Positions 1 through 11,703 of a stretch of DNA of 64,000 nt are shown here, in pieces; the stretch's first letter is position 1, and each line of letters starts with the position of its first letter. Made by a program: the position numbers and the translations under genes. The DNA comes from an uncultured Actinomycetes bacterium (lineage in GTDB: Bacteria; Actinomycetota; Thermoleophilia; Gaiellales; JAICJC01): assembly GCA_963729195.1 (NCBI GenBank), contig CAVSNF010000025.1, forward strand, positions 192,287 to 256,286. Direction: 5' to 3'. The notes beneath the pieces were generated by a model. It did no database searches and was not told the DNA's origin. It saw nothing but the letters and a program-made list of their open reading frames with translations.

Positions 1-354
1 GTCGAACAGATGGATCTTGGTGTAGCTGCCGATCCGGTTGCCGTCGCGGTCGTACACGATCTCGACGTTGCCGACCCGCTCGCCGGCTTCGATCGCGATC
101 GAGCCGCCGATCAGGTTGACGCGATGCTCGCGCGCCCACCCGGCCATCGCCTCGACCGTCTCGCCGGAGTCGATCCGTTCGGCTTCGCGGCGCATGCCGT
201 CGCCGTCCACCCAGGCGTTCCACTTCTCGGGCAGGAGGATCACGTCGGCGCCTCGGCCGGCGGCCTCGGCCACCAGCGGTGCCATGTCGCGCACGCTGTC
301 GCTCTTCTCGGGGCGGGCGGCAAACTGGATGCAGGCGGCGCGGACGATGGTCAC
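1..354 (-). CDS. Carbon-nitrogen hydrolase (nitrilase superfamily), N-terminal part; gene continues past the window start
   Basis: Not in the ORF track because it runs off the edge. My translation from GTG 354..352 gives VTIVRAACIQFAARPEKS...ADVILLPEKWNAW...GERVGNVEIVYDRDGNRIGSYTKIHLFD. GTGA overlap with the upstream stop at 351..353. Confidence 0.7.
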   Translation of the reverse strand, partial: MTIVRAACIQFAARPEKSDSVRDMAPLVAEAAGRGADVILLPEKWNAWVDGDGMRREAERIDSGETVEAMAGWAREHRVNLIGGSIAIEAGERVGNVEIVYDRDGNRIGSYTKIHLFD

Positions 355-1125
355 GGTTGAAGCCTAGTCTCGTCTTCTTGGTCGATGACCGCGGCGAACG
401 CGATGGCACACGCCACGAACAGGATCGCGGCCTGCTCGACTGCCATCGTGATCGCCCCCACCTCCTGGTCACGCAGCGCCGAGAATCCCCACAGCTTGGG
501 TGTGTCCAGGTAGAAGTCGTACACCGGCGATTGGGCCAGCGCGAGCACCAGTGACAGTGGGGATGCGGCGAAGAACGCGATCACGAGGTATCCCAGCCGG
601 GCCGGCGGCCGCATCCGCCCGGGAGACAGCACCGCCCACCAGAACACCAGCCCGGCGAGCACGAAGATCACGTGCTCGACGCCCAGCGCCCAGTGGTGTC
701 GCAGCGCGTAGTCGTAGTACGCCGGGACATGCAGGCCGTACCAGGCGGCCAGCCAGAAGACCAGCGCGAACACCGGGTTGGTGGCGGCCCGCACCAGGGT
801 GTGACGCTCGGCCATCGCGAACATCGCCGGGAGTCAGTCCCAGCACCAGAAGCGGCGGCGCCCAGTCGGCAATGATCACGTTTTGGAGCAGGTGAAAGCT
901 GACCATCGACGTCAGCGCCAGATGCTCGATCGGGGAGAGCAGCGCAACAGCGATCAGTCCCAGTCCGGCGGCGAAGGCGGCGATCCGATACCACGGCGTG
1001 GGCTCGCCCGCGGCGGCCCAAGCGCGCGCACCACCAGCACGTAGTCGACGCGCCACGATCGCGATCGCGAGCATCCACTCCCAGTCGAACACGAACTCCC
1101 ACGGGTGAATAACGGTGCCTGGCAC
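351..1125 (-). CDS. Cytochrome c oxidase assembly factor CtaG-like membrane protein (caa3_CtaG family), frame broken once
   Basis: The N-terminal part is in ORF 469..1125 (...SPIEHLALTSMVSFHLLQNVIIADWAPPLLVLGLTP). The C-terminal part is in ORF 351..824 (MFAMAERHTLV...HHWALGVEHVIFVLAGLVFWWAVLSP). Frames join at the GGG run 829..831 (one extra base). The first ATG (1125) lies inside the palindromic repeat, so the start is uncertain. Confidence 0.6.
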
Positions 1126-1137
1126 CGTTATTCACCC
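1103..1137. repeat. Palindromic repeat, copy 1 (perfect 17+1+17)
   Basis: GGGTGAATAACGGTGCC-T-GGCACCGTTATTCACCC. The same core recurs at 29448, 40443 and 63353. It contains the clpS stop codon (1132..1134). Confidence 0.95.
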
Positions 1138-1437
1138 CGAGCTCGAGAGGGGGGCGAGCGTGAGGCCGAAGCCTTGCAGTTGCTCGTGGTAGTGCTCGGC
1201 CTGCTCCTTCTGTCCCGACCACACGACCGCGCGACCGGCTGTGTGGATGGTGTTGGCGAGATCCATGCCGCGTTCGAAGGTCACTCCGGGGATCGTGCGG
1301 GCAAGTGCGAAGGCGACGCCGTCGAAGGTGTTGTGGTTGTCGTTCAGCACCACCACCAGCCACGGGCGGTCGCTGCCGCTGCCGGGATCGCCGGAGCGGG
1401 GTCGCTGCTTTCGCTCGGGCGGCGCGACGGTGGACAT
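1132..1437 (-). CDS. clpS: ATP-dependent Clp protease adaptor ClpS
   Basis: Internal ATG of ORF 1132..1812 gives 101 aa: [10 protein letters not shown]...WLVVVLNDNHNTFDGVAFALARTIPGVTFERGMDLANTIHTAGRAVVWSGQKEQAEHY. ATGA overlap with the upstream gene. Confidence 0.85.
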   Translation of the reverse strand: MSTVAPPERKQRPRSGDPGSGSDRPWLVVVLNDNHNTFDGVAFALARTIPGVTFERGMDLANTIHTAGRAVVWSGQKEQAEHYHEQLQGFGLTLAPLSSSG

Positions 1438-2804
1438 CAGGTGGTCAGCTCCACCGTCGCAGTCTGCAACAGCCGCTTGGCCTCGCGCACCCCGGTGCTC
1501 ATCGCACCGTCGGCGTAGCCCATGCGCGTGACGGTTGTGCCCTCTCCCGCGAACAGCAGCCGGCCGTGGGCCGGCTCGGCCAGGGTGCGGATGTCGGCCG
1601 AACTCGAGCCCAGCGCGAGGGCGGTGTACGCCCCGCGGGTGTAGGGGTCGGCGCCCCAGGACGAGACCGCGACCACGTCGGGCTCGGGACAGGGCGCCCC
1701 GGTCACCTCCGACATCAACTCGAGCACCCAGGCCGCCGTTTCCTCGGGCGACGACTGGTCGAACCGTTCGATGGCGCTGCGAAAGACGAACGCCACCAGC
1801 GTCGGGCCACAACCGAACGCGTCCATCCCGAAGAGCGCCACCGACGACCCCTCGCGGTCACGTGGGAAGACGCTCACGTGGGTGATTCCCGCGTCTCGCC
1901 AGAACGGGCGCTGAAAGCGAAGCGCGATCTTCTCGAAGCGGCCAAACCCCAGCCGGTCGATCGACGCCAGCCGCTCTGACTCGAGCGGCGGCGAGAACTC
2001 GACGTCGCGATGTTTGAGCACCCCCAGCGGCAGCGTCACGATCGCGTGTGACCCCTCGTACACGCTGCCGTCGGCTGTGGTCACCGAGACTCCTTCGGGC
2101 GCGATCATGACGGCGGTCACCGGCGTGTTCAGCCGCACGTCCACGTCGGATGCCATCGCCGCTGTCACCCAGCCCAGCCCACCGACCGGCATGTCGCCCA
2201 GGTAGTCGCCGTCGTAGTCGATCACCTCGGCGTTCGTAACCGCCGGCTGCTGCTCCAGAAACCCCGTGGTGTCGGCCTCGTTGAAGAACTTCAGGGCCGA
2301 GTACAGACGTCTCGCCTGGCCGGGCTCGAGCCCGGCCTCGTTCAGATACAGCTCGACCGCGTCGGCCAGCGATGCCTGTGGGCCGAGCCGCGCGCTCAGC
2401 TCGGGCTGAGCCGCGGGGAACCCCTCCAGCATGTGTCCGACCACCTCGTCGTACTCGGCGTCGGTCAAGAGCCGCTGTTCGGCCAGGTCGAAGATCGACA
2501 TGTCGTCCAGGAAGTTGCCCGGGCGGCAGGCGACCTCCGCCTGGGAGGCGAAGTCGCGCAGCGGGTTTCCGATCGGCGTGTGGATCCAGGAGCCGCCCAT
2601 GTCGATCGGCGAGCCGCCCACGTCGACTGTGTGCAGCCGCCCGCCGATGCGATCGCGGGCTTCGAGCACGACCGTCTCCACGCCGGCGGCGGTGAGCGCA
2701 TTGGCTGCGGTCAGTCCGGCCATGCCGGCGCCGATCACGATCACCCGCTCGACCGCCCCGGTAGCCGCTGCGGGTACACCCGGGTCGCCGCCGCCGTAGC
2801 TCAT
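1437..2804 (-). CDS. Flavin-containing amine oxidase (polyamine/putrescine oxidase-like)
   Basis: ORF 1437..2816. FAD motif [17 protein letters not shown]...[10 protein letters not shown]. Preferred start is ATG 2804 (MSYGGG), which forms an ATGA overlap with the hyuB-like stop. Confidence 0.85.
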   Translation of the reverse strand: MSYGGGDPGVPAAATGAVERVIVIGAGMAGLTAANALTAAGVETVVLEARDRIGGRLHTVDVGGSPIDMGGSWIHTPIGNPLRDFASQAEVACRPGNFLDDMSIFDLAEQRLLTDAEYDEVVGHMLEGFPAAQPELSARLGPQASLADAVELYLNEAGLEPGQARRLYSALKFFNEADTTGFLEQQPAVTNAEVIDYDGDYLGDMPVGGLGWVTAAMASDVDVRLNTPVTAVMIAPEGVSVTTADGSVYEGSHAIVTLPLGVLKHRDVEFSPPLESERLASIDRLGFGRFEKIALRFQRPFWRDAGITHVSVFPRDREGSSVALFGMDAFGCGPTLVAFVFRSAIERFDQSSPEETAAWVLELMSEVTGAPCPEPDVVAVSSWGADPYTRGAYTALALGSSSADIRTLAEPAHGRLLFAGEGTTVTRMGYADGAMSTGVREAKRLLQTATVELTT

Positions 2805-4288
2805 GCCTTCCCCCATCCCCCACCGCCGGGCGTACGAATCTCCAGCACGTCCCCGGCGCGGAGATCGAGTGAGACCTTGGCCGGCAGCCGCGCGCCGTTC
2901 AGCAGGTTGCGCCCGGCCGCCCCTGCTTCACCACCGGCCATTCCCTGCGGGGCGGTGCCGGCGGCGTTCGGTCATGAGGCCGAGTGTGCAATCAGAGAGC
3001 ACGCGGTACACCCTAACCACCCCGTCACCTCCGTGGTGATATCCGCCACCCCCGGAGCGGCGGCGCAACGCGTAGCGCTCGATTCGCAGCGGGTACTCCC
3101 GCTCCAGCGCCTCGATCGGCGTATTCAGGGTGTTCGACATGGCCACGTGCACGGCCGAGGGCCCATCGCCGGTGGGCGAGGCCCCCTGACCGCCGCCCAG
3201 CGTCTCGTAGTACGTGAACCCGGACGTGCCGAAGGTGACGTTGTTCATGGTGCCCTGGCCGTCGGCGCGGGTGTCGATCAGCTCCCCGAACGCGCGCGTG
3301 ACCACGTCCACGATCCGGCTGGAGGTCTCGGTGTTGCCGGCCACCACGCCTGCCGGCGGTCGCGCGTTCACCAGCGAGCCCACCGGCGCGGTCACGGTCA
3401 CCGGCTCGAAGGCGCCGCCCGAGGCGGGGATGTCGGGATCGCACAGCGCCCGCACAACGAAGTACACCGCCGAGCGGGTGACGGTGATCGGGCAGTTGAC
3501 GTTTCCGGGCTGCTGGTCGGCGGTGCCGGTGAAGTCGACCGAGACGCGGTCGCCGCGGATCTCGACGGTCGCGTGGATGGGGATGTCGGCGCGGGTGATG
3601 CCGTCGCCCTCGATCACGTCGTGGGCGCTGCCGCGGCCGTCGGGGAGGCCGGCCAGCGCGGCACGGATGCGCCGCTCGGAGTAGCGGTAGAGCTCGTCCA
3701 TGCCCCGCTCGAGCTGGGCGTGACCGTGCCGCTCGGCCAGCTCGCGCAGCCGCCGTGCCCCCAGCTCCTGAGAGGCGATCTGGGCGCGCAGATCGGCCAG
3801 CCGCTGATGCGGCCGGCGCATGTTTGCCACCAGCACTCTCAGCAGGTCGTCGGTGAGCCGCACCGGCGGGATCACCACTCCCTCCTGGATCAGCTCGCGC
3901 GCGCCGGCCGGCATGCTGGCCGGCTGCATCCCGCCGACGTCGGCGTGGTGGGCACGGGAGACGACGAAGCCGAGGTCGTCGACCCGCGAGACGAGCGTGA
4001 TATCGGGCAGGTGGGTGCCGCCGGTGTAGGGGTCGTTGAGGATGAAGTGCTCGCCCGGGCGGGGGTCGAGCGCGCGGCACGCGGCCACGGCGTCGGGCAT
4101 CGCGCCCAGGTGCACCGGGATGTGCTCGGCCTGGGCGACCATGCGCCCGCCGGCGTCGAAGATGGCCGTGGAGCAGTCGCGGCGCTCCTTGATGTTGGCC
4201 GAGTGGGCTGCGCGCACCAGCGCCGCGCCCATCTCCTCGGCCACGCCCGAGAGCGCCGCCGACATCACTCGCAGGGTGGCCGGATCAG

Positions 4289-4292
<4 letters not shown>
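2801..4292 (-). CDS. Hydantoinase B/oxoprolinase family protein (HyuB-like), frame broken near the C-terminus
   Basis: ORF 2928..4349 from internal ATG 4292 ([22 protein letters not shown]...HIPVHLGAM). The last ~45 aa ([22 protein letters not shown]...[13 protein letters not shown]) lie in another frame down to TGA 2801..2803. Frames join at the GGGG run 2949..2952. Confidence 0.8.
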
Positions 4293-6137
<1,845 letters not shown>

Positions 6138-6179
6138 GCGAGAGAGTATGGTGGACGGCCCGTGGGTGACGAGCAGGCA

Positions 6180-7388
6180 ATGGTTGTGATCTTTGTGGCG
6201 GCCACATTGGCGCCACTGCTGGGTGGCCTGGTGTTCGGTCCCAGGGTGCCGCCGGTGGTGATCGAGATCGTGATCGGCATCCTGATCGGGCCGAAGGTGC
6301 TCGACTTGGCCGACGAGACCACCGTGGTCGCCTTCTTCTCGACCCTGGGCCTCTCGTTTCTGTTCTTCATGGCCGGCATGGAGATCGACTTCGAGCGGAT
6401 TCAGGGATCGCCGGTGACGCTGGCGCTGGTGACGTGGTTTACGTCGATCGCGATCGGCTTATCACTGGGCACGATCCTCCAAGGGGCGGGTGTGGTGCTG
6501 TCGTCGCTGCTGGTCGGGGTGGCGCTGACCACCACGGCGCTGGGGACGTTGATGCCGATCCTGCGTGATAACGACGAGCTGTCGACGCCGTTCGGAGGGC
6601 TGGTGATGGGAGCGGGCGCGGTGGGCGAGTTCGGGCCGATCGTGCTCGTCTCGACACTGCTCTCCTCCGGCAGCCTGGCCTCGTCGGTGGGTGCGATCCT
6701 GACGTTCGCCGCGCTTGCGATGGCGATCGGGGTAACGGCCCTGAAGCTGCACCCGCCCAACGTGATGCGCGTGGTCGGCCGCTCGATGCATACCAGCGCG
6801 CAGCTGCCGATCCGGCTGACGGTGTGCCTGATCGTGGTGCTGGTGTTCCTGACCGCGCACGTCGGCCTGGATGCGGTGCTGGGAGCGTTCGCCGCGGGTG
6901 TGATCGTGTCGCTGGCGACCGGTAAAGACCGGGAGGAGCTCGATCACAAGCTGGATGCGATCGCCTTCGGGGTGTTCATCCCGATCTTCTTCGTGGTCAC
7001 CGGAGTCACGTTCAACCTGACGGCGCTCGGCAGCGCACCGGCGCTGTGGCGGCTGCCGCTGTTCCTGGCCATGTTCTGGGTCGCCCGCGGCCTGCCGGCC
7101 CTCTTCTACTACCGCCAGGCGCTGCCCAAGCTGGCCGATCGGATCGACTTTTCGCTCTTGACCGCGACCCAGCTGCCGCTGGTGGTCGCGATCGCAGAGA
7201 TCGGCCTGGCCACACATCGGATGCGCCCGTATACGGCCTCGGCGCTGATCGGCGCCGGCATGATCAGCGTGCTGCTGTTTCCGATGGTGGCCGAGGGTCG
7301 CCGCCGCAGCCGCCGCGGCGCCGGTTCTAGCGGTCCCGGGGACGCCGCCGCAGCGGTCGCCGCCGACTCACCTGCTTCGACGGCTTAG
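6180..7388 (+). CDS. Cation:proton antiporter (Na+/H+ exchanger, CPA-type)
   Basis: Internal ATG 6180 of ORF 5640..7388. MVVIFVAATLAPLLGG... is polytopic with 10 or more hydrophobic segments. The upstream part of the ORF is antisense to hyuA. Confidence 0.75.
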   Translation: MVVIFVAATLAPLLGGLVFGPRVPPVVIEIVIGILIGPKVLDLADETTVVAFFSTLGLSFLFFMAGMEIDFERIQGSPVTLALVTWFTSIAIGLSLGTILQGAGVVLSSLLVGVALTTTALGTLMPILRDNDELSTPFGGLVMGAGAVGEFGPIVLVSTLLSSGSLASSVGAILTFAALAMAIGVTALKLHPPNVMRVVGRSMHTSAQLPIRLTVCLIVVLVFLTAHVGLDAVLGAFAAGVIVSLATGKDREELDHKLDAIAFGVFIPIFFVVTGVTFNLTALGSAPALWRLPLFLAMFWVARGLPALFYYRQALPKLADRIDFSLLTATQLPLVVAIAEIGLATHRMRPYTASALIGAGMISVLLFPMVAEGRRRSRRGAGSSGPGDAAAAVAADSPASTA

Positions 7389-8658
7389 ACGACGCCGGTC
7401 GCCGCTGCATGGGTACGCGCACCCGCGGCAGGGCGGCCCGCCTGGCCGGCCTGCTGTGGGCAACATTGACCGGCTCCGGCATGTCGCGCATCGTCGGCAG
7501 CAGGATCACGGCGCCGACCAGCGTGATGCCGGCCGCGACCAGGTAGGTGCCCTGGGCGCCGAAGACGGCGATCAGCGGCGCGCCCAGCGCGAAGGATGCC
7601 GCCATCGCGCCCAGGACGACGGCGTCGAGAGCTGCGGATACGCGTGACTGAATGATGTTGGGAGTACGGCGCTGGATGATGTTCTGCGCGGCCACGGTGC
7701 CCAGCGAGTCGAACAGGCCGGCGATCATCATGCCGACCAGCACCGGCCAGAACACCGGCGCCAGGCCGACCACGGCGAATCCGCCCGCGATCGCGACGCT
7801 GCCGACGACGACGGCCGGCTGCTCGAACCGGCGCAGCACGTAGCGGCCCGCCAAGAGCGCGCCGATCACGCCGCCGCCGTCCCAGGCAACGGCGATCAGG
7901 CCGTACCCGAGCGACCCCACATGGAACTGGTTTGCGAGCGTCACCTCGGCCACGATCACGGGGCCGATACCGACCATCACCAGCGCCCAGGCGACCGTCA
8001 GCCGGCGCATGTAGCGGTCAGCCATCAGCTGCCGGTAGCCGTCCAGGCGACCGCCCACCGACTCGTCGCGATTGTGCGACTGCAGCCGCTCGTGCACGCC
8101 GATCATGAGCGCGGATGCGGCCAGCATGATCACGCCCGAGACGACGAACACGCCGGCCGGGCTGATCACGGCCAACAGCATGCCGCCGATACCCGGGCCG
8201 AGCATGAACCCAGCGCTCTTGAAGACGCCCAGAAGGCTATTGGCGCGGCCCAGGTCGTCCTCGGCCACGAGGTTTGGCACAGCACCCTGAACAGCCGCTC
8301 CCAGGGCTCCCTGGGTGGCCGCGGCAGCGACCATCATGGCGATCACCAGATCGACCAGGCCGACGCCGACCAGGCCGGCACAGGCGAAGAACGCGGCACC
8401 GGCGAATCCGGCCGAGATCATGACCACCAGGCGGCGGTCGTGGCGATCGCCCATGTGCCCGGTCCACGGCGAAACCGCCGTCGACACTCCGAAGATCGCG
8501 AGCATCGCGGCCGACACCCACCATGAGGAGTGGGTGGACTCGAACACAACCCAGATCAGTGCCGTGGTGGCCGCTCCGCGGCCGGCCAGCGACAGCCCCT
8601 GGCTGATGGCCAGGCGGCGGACTGCGGGGCTGATTGGGGTGTTCAATGTGGTGGTCAT
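7327..8658 (-). CDS. MFS transporter
   Basis: ORF 7327..8712, preferred ATG 8658 (MTTTLNTP...). About 12 TM segments and a basic C-terminal tail. Its 3' end overlaps the antiporter 3' end by 62 nt. Confidence 0.75.
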   Translation of the reverse strand: MTTTLNTPISPAVRRLAISQGLSLAGRGAATTALIWVVFESTHSSWWVSAAMLAIFGVSTAVSPWTGHMGDRHDRRLVVMISAGFAGAAFFACAGLVGVGLVDLVIAMMVAAAATQGALGAAVQGAVPNLVAEDDLGRANSLLGVFKSAGFMLGPGIGGMLLAVISPAGVFVVSGVIMLAASALMIGVHERLQSHNRDESVGGRLDGYRQLMADRYMRRLTVAWALVMVGIGPVIVAEVTLANQFHVGSLGYGLIAVAWDGGGVIGALLAGRYVLRRFEQPAVVVGSVAIAGGFAVVGLAPVFWPVLVGMMIAGLFDSLGTVAAQNIIQRRTPNIIQSRVSAALDAVVLGAMAASFALGAPLIAVFGAQGTYLVAAGITLVGAVILLPTMRDMPEPVNVAHSRPARRAALPRVRVPMQRRPASSKPSKQVSRRRPLRRRPRDR

Positions 8659-8829
8659 GCCAATTTTCTGTTTCGGGCAGGGGTTTACAGCGCCCCCTGT
8701 GATGATCGGCAAAGGCCGCTATCTGTATTAACGCCCACCGGGTCGCCCGGATTCCCGGTTCAGATCAGCGTAGCGCGGCCTCTGCCACCTGCGCAAAGGG
8801 GAGGCGCGGGTGCCCAAATGCGGCCGGCC

Positions 8830-9715
8830 TCACGCCTCCGGGTCGGCGACAGACACCGTGAAATGGTCAAACCGCGCTTCCAGCAGCGGGCCGTCGAGCA
8901 CGTCGCGACCCTTCACCAGTGGCACCTCTCCGGCCGCGACCGCACCGATCCCCTGGGCGAACTCGCGCAGCAGCCCCGGCTCGGCCACCGGGCGCGGATA
9001 GTGGTGGAAGAGGGCCACGTCGACCGCATCCTCCAGCTCGGCCAGCCGCTCGGCCGACTGCGCCAGCGCCGTCGATATCGGAGTCGGGGAAATGCGCATA
9101 GATCGGCCCGGCGTTGACGGTGTCTCCGCCGAACAGGACGCCCGCGTGCTCGTCCAGAAGACAGATACCGTCAGGACTATGCCCGGGTGCGAAGATGACA
9201 GTGAGCTCCCGGCCGCCGAGGTCGACGCGGTCGCCGTCCACCAGCGTGCGGGTGGCGGTCGTGCCGGGGATCGCCCAGCCGGCGCGATCGAATCCCGGAG
9301 GCAGCGGCCGGGGGTCGCTCTCGGGAGTGAGCAGCCAGAAGTACTCCCAGTCAAGCCGGCGGTAGGTCTCGGCCGCGGCCAGCTGACGATCGACGTAGCC
9401 GAGATAGGCCTGGAGTAGCTCACTCGGCACCGGCTGCTCGATCAGCGGTGCTCCCAGCTCATGGATCGCGATCTCCGAAAACTCGTGATTGCCGCCAATG
9501 TGATCGAAGTGGGAGTGGGTGTTGACCACCATCACCGGCAGCGGCGTCAGGCTCTCGGCAACCGGTCGGATCGGAAGCACCCCCATACCCGTGTCCAGGA
9601 TCGCCGCGCGCTCGTCGCCGGCCACCAGCCAGGTGTACACGTGCTGCGGCTCGGCGATCAGCCACACCCCGGGGGCTACCGGCCGCGTGTAGAACCAGTC
9701 GCCGGCGGCGCTCAC
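8830..9715 (-). CDS. MBL-fold metallo-hydrolase, frame broken once
   Basis: ORF 8867..9760 carries the HxHxDH motif (VVNTHSHFDHIGGN). The C-terminus continues in ORF 8830..9423 (...STALAQSAERLAELEDAVDVALFHHYPRPV...). Frames join at the GGGG run 9085..9088. GTG 9715 forms a GTGA overlap with the upstream stop. Confidence 0.75.
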
Positions 9716-10749
9716 GCCGGCTTCCCCGGGATCGCACTCAGCGAGCGGCTCGCGCCCCACGCCCCGATCGCGCTGCGATAAAGCAAACGCAGATACACGA
9801 ACGTCTCGACGTGGGCGATCTCGGGGATCTCGCCGATGCCATGCTCGAGCGCCTGCAGAAGCTCTGCCTGGTCACGGCAGACGAGCTCGGCCATCAGGTC
9901 GTAGCGGCCGGCGGGGATCACCACGTAGTCGATCCCCGGAACCTTTGAGAGCAGCTCCGCCGCATCCTCCAACCGGACTCCCTCGTTGACCTTGATGCCG
10001 AGCCACGCCATCGCCTCGAAGCCCAGCGTGGCGGGATTGCCGACGGCGATCACCTGCAGCGCGTTTTGTTCGAGCAGCCGCGCCACCCGGGTGGAGACGA
10101 CCCGCTCGGACACGCCCAGGTTGCGGGCGATCCGCCGAAACGGCGCCCGGCCGTCGCGCTGCAGCTCGTCGATCAACTCGATGTCGAGCGCATCGAACGA
10201 GCACGCCCCCTCGCTCTGCACTCCCCCGCGGGCGCCGTCCAGCGACCACTGAAACTGCTGGCGGATCAGGTTCAGGTACACGAACGTCTCGGTGCGCTGC
10301 ACGCCCGGGATGGCGCGCACCGTGCGCAGCAGCGTGTACAGCTCAGAGGACGAGCGACAGGCCGCCTCGGCCAGCACGTTGAACCCGCCGGCAGTCTGCA
10401 CCACGTAGTCGAACCCGGCCATGCCGACCAGCGTCTCGGCCACAGCGGCTGCCTGCCCGCCGCGCACGTTCAGCCCGACCAGCGCCATCGAGTCGATCCC
10501 CAGCACCTGTGGATCGGCGATGGCGGTGATCGAGAACACTCCCGACCCGGTTAGCCTGGCCACGCGCTTTCGCACGTGCGCCTCGGACACTCCCAGCTTG
10601 TCGGCAAGCGCCACGAACGGCACCCGCCCGTCCTTCTGCAGCTCCTGAAACAATCGGCGATCGAACGCGCTCAGCGTCGACCGGCCGCGGCCGTCGAGGC
10701 CGCCGACGGGCTCAGGCTGTGAGGAGTTGCGAGGAGAGTTCTTCGCCAT
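9712..10749 (-). CDS. Lrp/AsnC-family protein with two complete HTH+ligand-domain modules in one chain
   Basis: ORF 9712..10758. Two repeats of the AsnC HTH: LFQELQKDGRVPFVALADKLGVSEAHVRKRVARL and LIDELQRDGRAPFRRIARNLGVSERVVSTRVARL. Each is followed by a RAM-like domain. Confidence 0.8.
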   Translation of the reverse strand: MAKNSPRNSSQPEPVGGLDGRGRSTLSAFDRRLFQELQKDGRVPFVALADKLGVSEAHVRKRVARLTGSGVFSITAIADPQVLGIDSMALVGLNVRGGQAAAVAETLVGMAGFDYVVQTAGGFNVLAEAACRSSSELYTLLRTVRAIPGVQRTETFVYLNLIRQQFQWSLDGARGGVQSEGACSFDALDIELIDELQRDGRAPFRRIARNLGVSERVVSTRVARLLEQNALQVIAVGNPATLGFEAMAWLGIKVNEGVRLEDAAELLSKVPGIDYVVIPAGRYDLMAELVCRDQAELLQALEHGIGEIPEIAHVETFVYLRLLYRSAIGAWGASRSLSAIPGKPA

Positions 10750-11639
10750 TGATATCAATCACCGCGGTCCGCAGTATGCCTTCGCCGTACTCGCTTCCCG
10801 GGTTGATGGCCAACGTGCGACCCAACTCGCGGATCCCGGCCGACTCGTGGATGTGGCCGTGCAGCGACAGCACCGGCCCATATCGCTGCAGCGCGGCCGC
10901 CACCGCCGTCGACCCCGCCGAGATCTCGGCGCCGGTGACGGGTTTGGGCGGATTGAAGCTGGTGTCGAGCTTGGGACAGCGATCGAGCCCCGACCCGTAC
11001 GGCGGCACATGCAGGTTGAAGATCGAACGCGACTCGCCGTCCAGCCGCACTGCCATCACGTCGATCCGCTCGGCCAGCTCCTCCTCGGTCACGTCGCGCG
11101 GGCATTGCCACGGAGTGGGATTGCCGTACCCGGTGGAGATCATCTGCAGGCCGGGGGCGATCTCGAGCACCTGGCCCTCGGCGTTTGTGATCCACGGCGA
11201 CTCGTCCAGAATCGCCTCGATCGAGAAGTAGTCGTCGTTTCCGCCGGTCACGTACAGCGGGATCCCGAGCGGCTCCAAGCGCTCCGCGGCTCGACGCATC
11301 CAGTCGGCCACCTGCTGCTGGCACTCCTGTTCGAAGCGGCGTTCGACGAGCGCCGGGTCGGCTTCCATCGCAGCCAGCTCATCGGGCGTGACGACCACCG
11401 GGTAGTGGCCGAGGTTGCGAATCCGCGAGCGCACCTCGTCGAGCTCCTGCTCGGTCTCGAAGGTGAGCTGCTCGTCCAGGATGGTGACCGAGTACCGTCG
11501 ACCCGTGGTTCGTGATCGGCGCGAGTCGTTTGCCGGTGAGGTCGCCGCCGAGGATGGCCACGGTCGCCTCGTACACGGTGACCGCGTTCAGGAACTTGCG
11601 AAACACCAGGTCGGAGCCGTGCAGGTCGGTAGCGAACAT
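10712..11639 (-). CDS. Metallophosphoesterase, frame broken once
   Basis: N-terminus in ORF 11379..11690 (ATG 11639: MFATDLHGSDLVF...ILGGDLTGK). The rest is in ORF 10712..11434 (...YVTGGNDDY...SLHGHIHES). Frames join at the CCC run 11500..11502. Confidence 0.75.
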
Positions 11640-11703
11640 GATCCGCTGCCGACCTGCACGTGTGTTCTTCTTGCGGCCCCCGAACCTCACCTATGCCCCC
11701 GTC

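Noticed and set aside
1105-1518. Recurrent peptide starts MNNGAWHRYSP / MPGTVIH in several ORFs (1105, 469..1125, 29459, 63188..63385), which look like a small gene family
   Set aside because: These are translations of the palindromic repeat itself in two frames, not a conserved protein.
7327-7388. 62-nt convergent overlap of the antiporter and MFS genes
   Set aside because: Both overlapping tails are basic or low-complexity and unconserved-looking. Given the indel rate, one or both stops may be displaced, so this is not treated as a biological feature.
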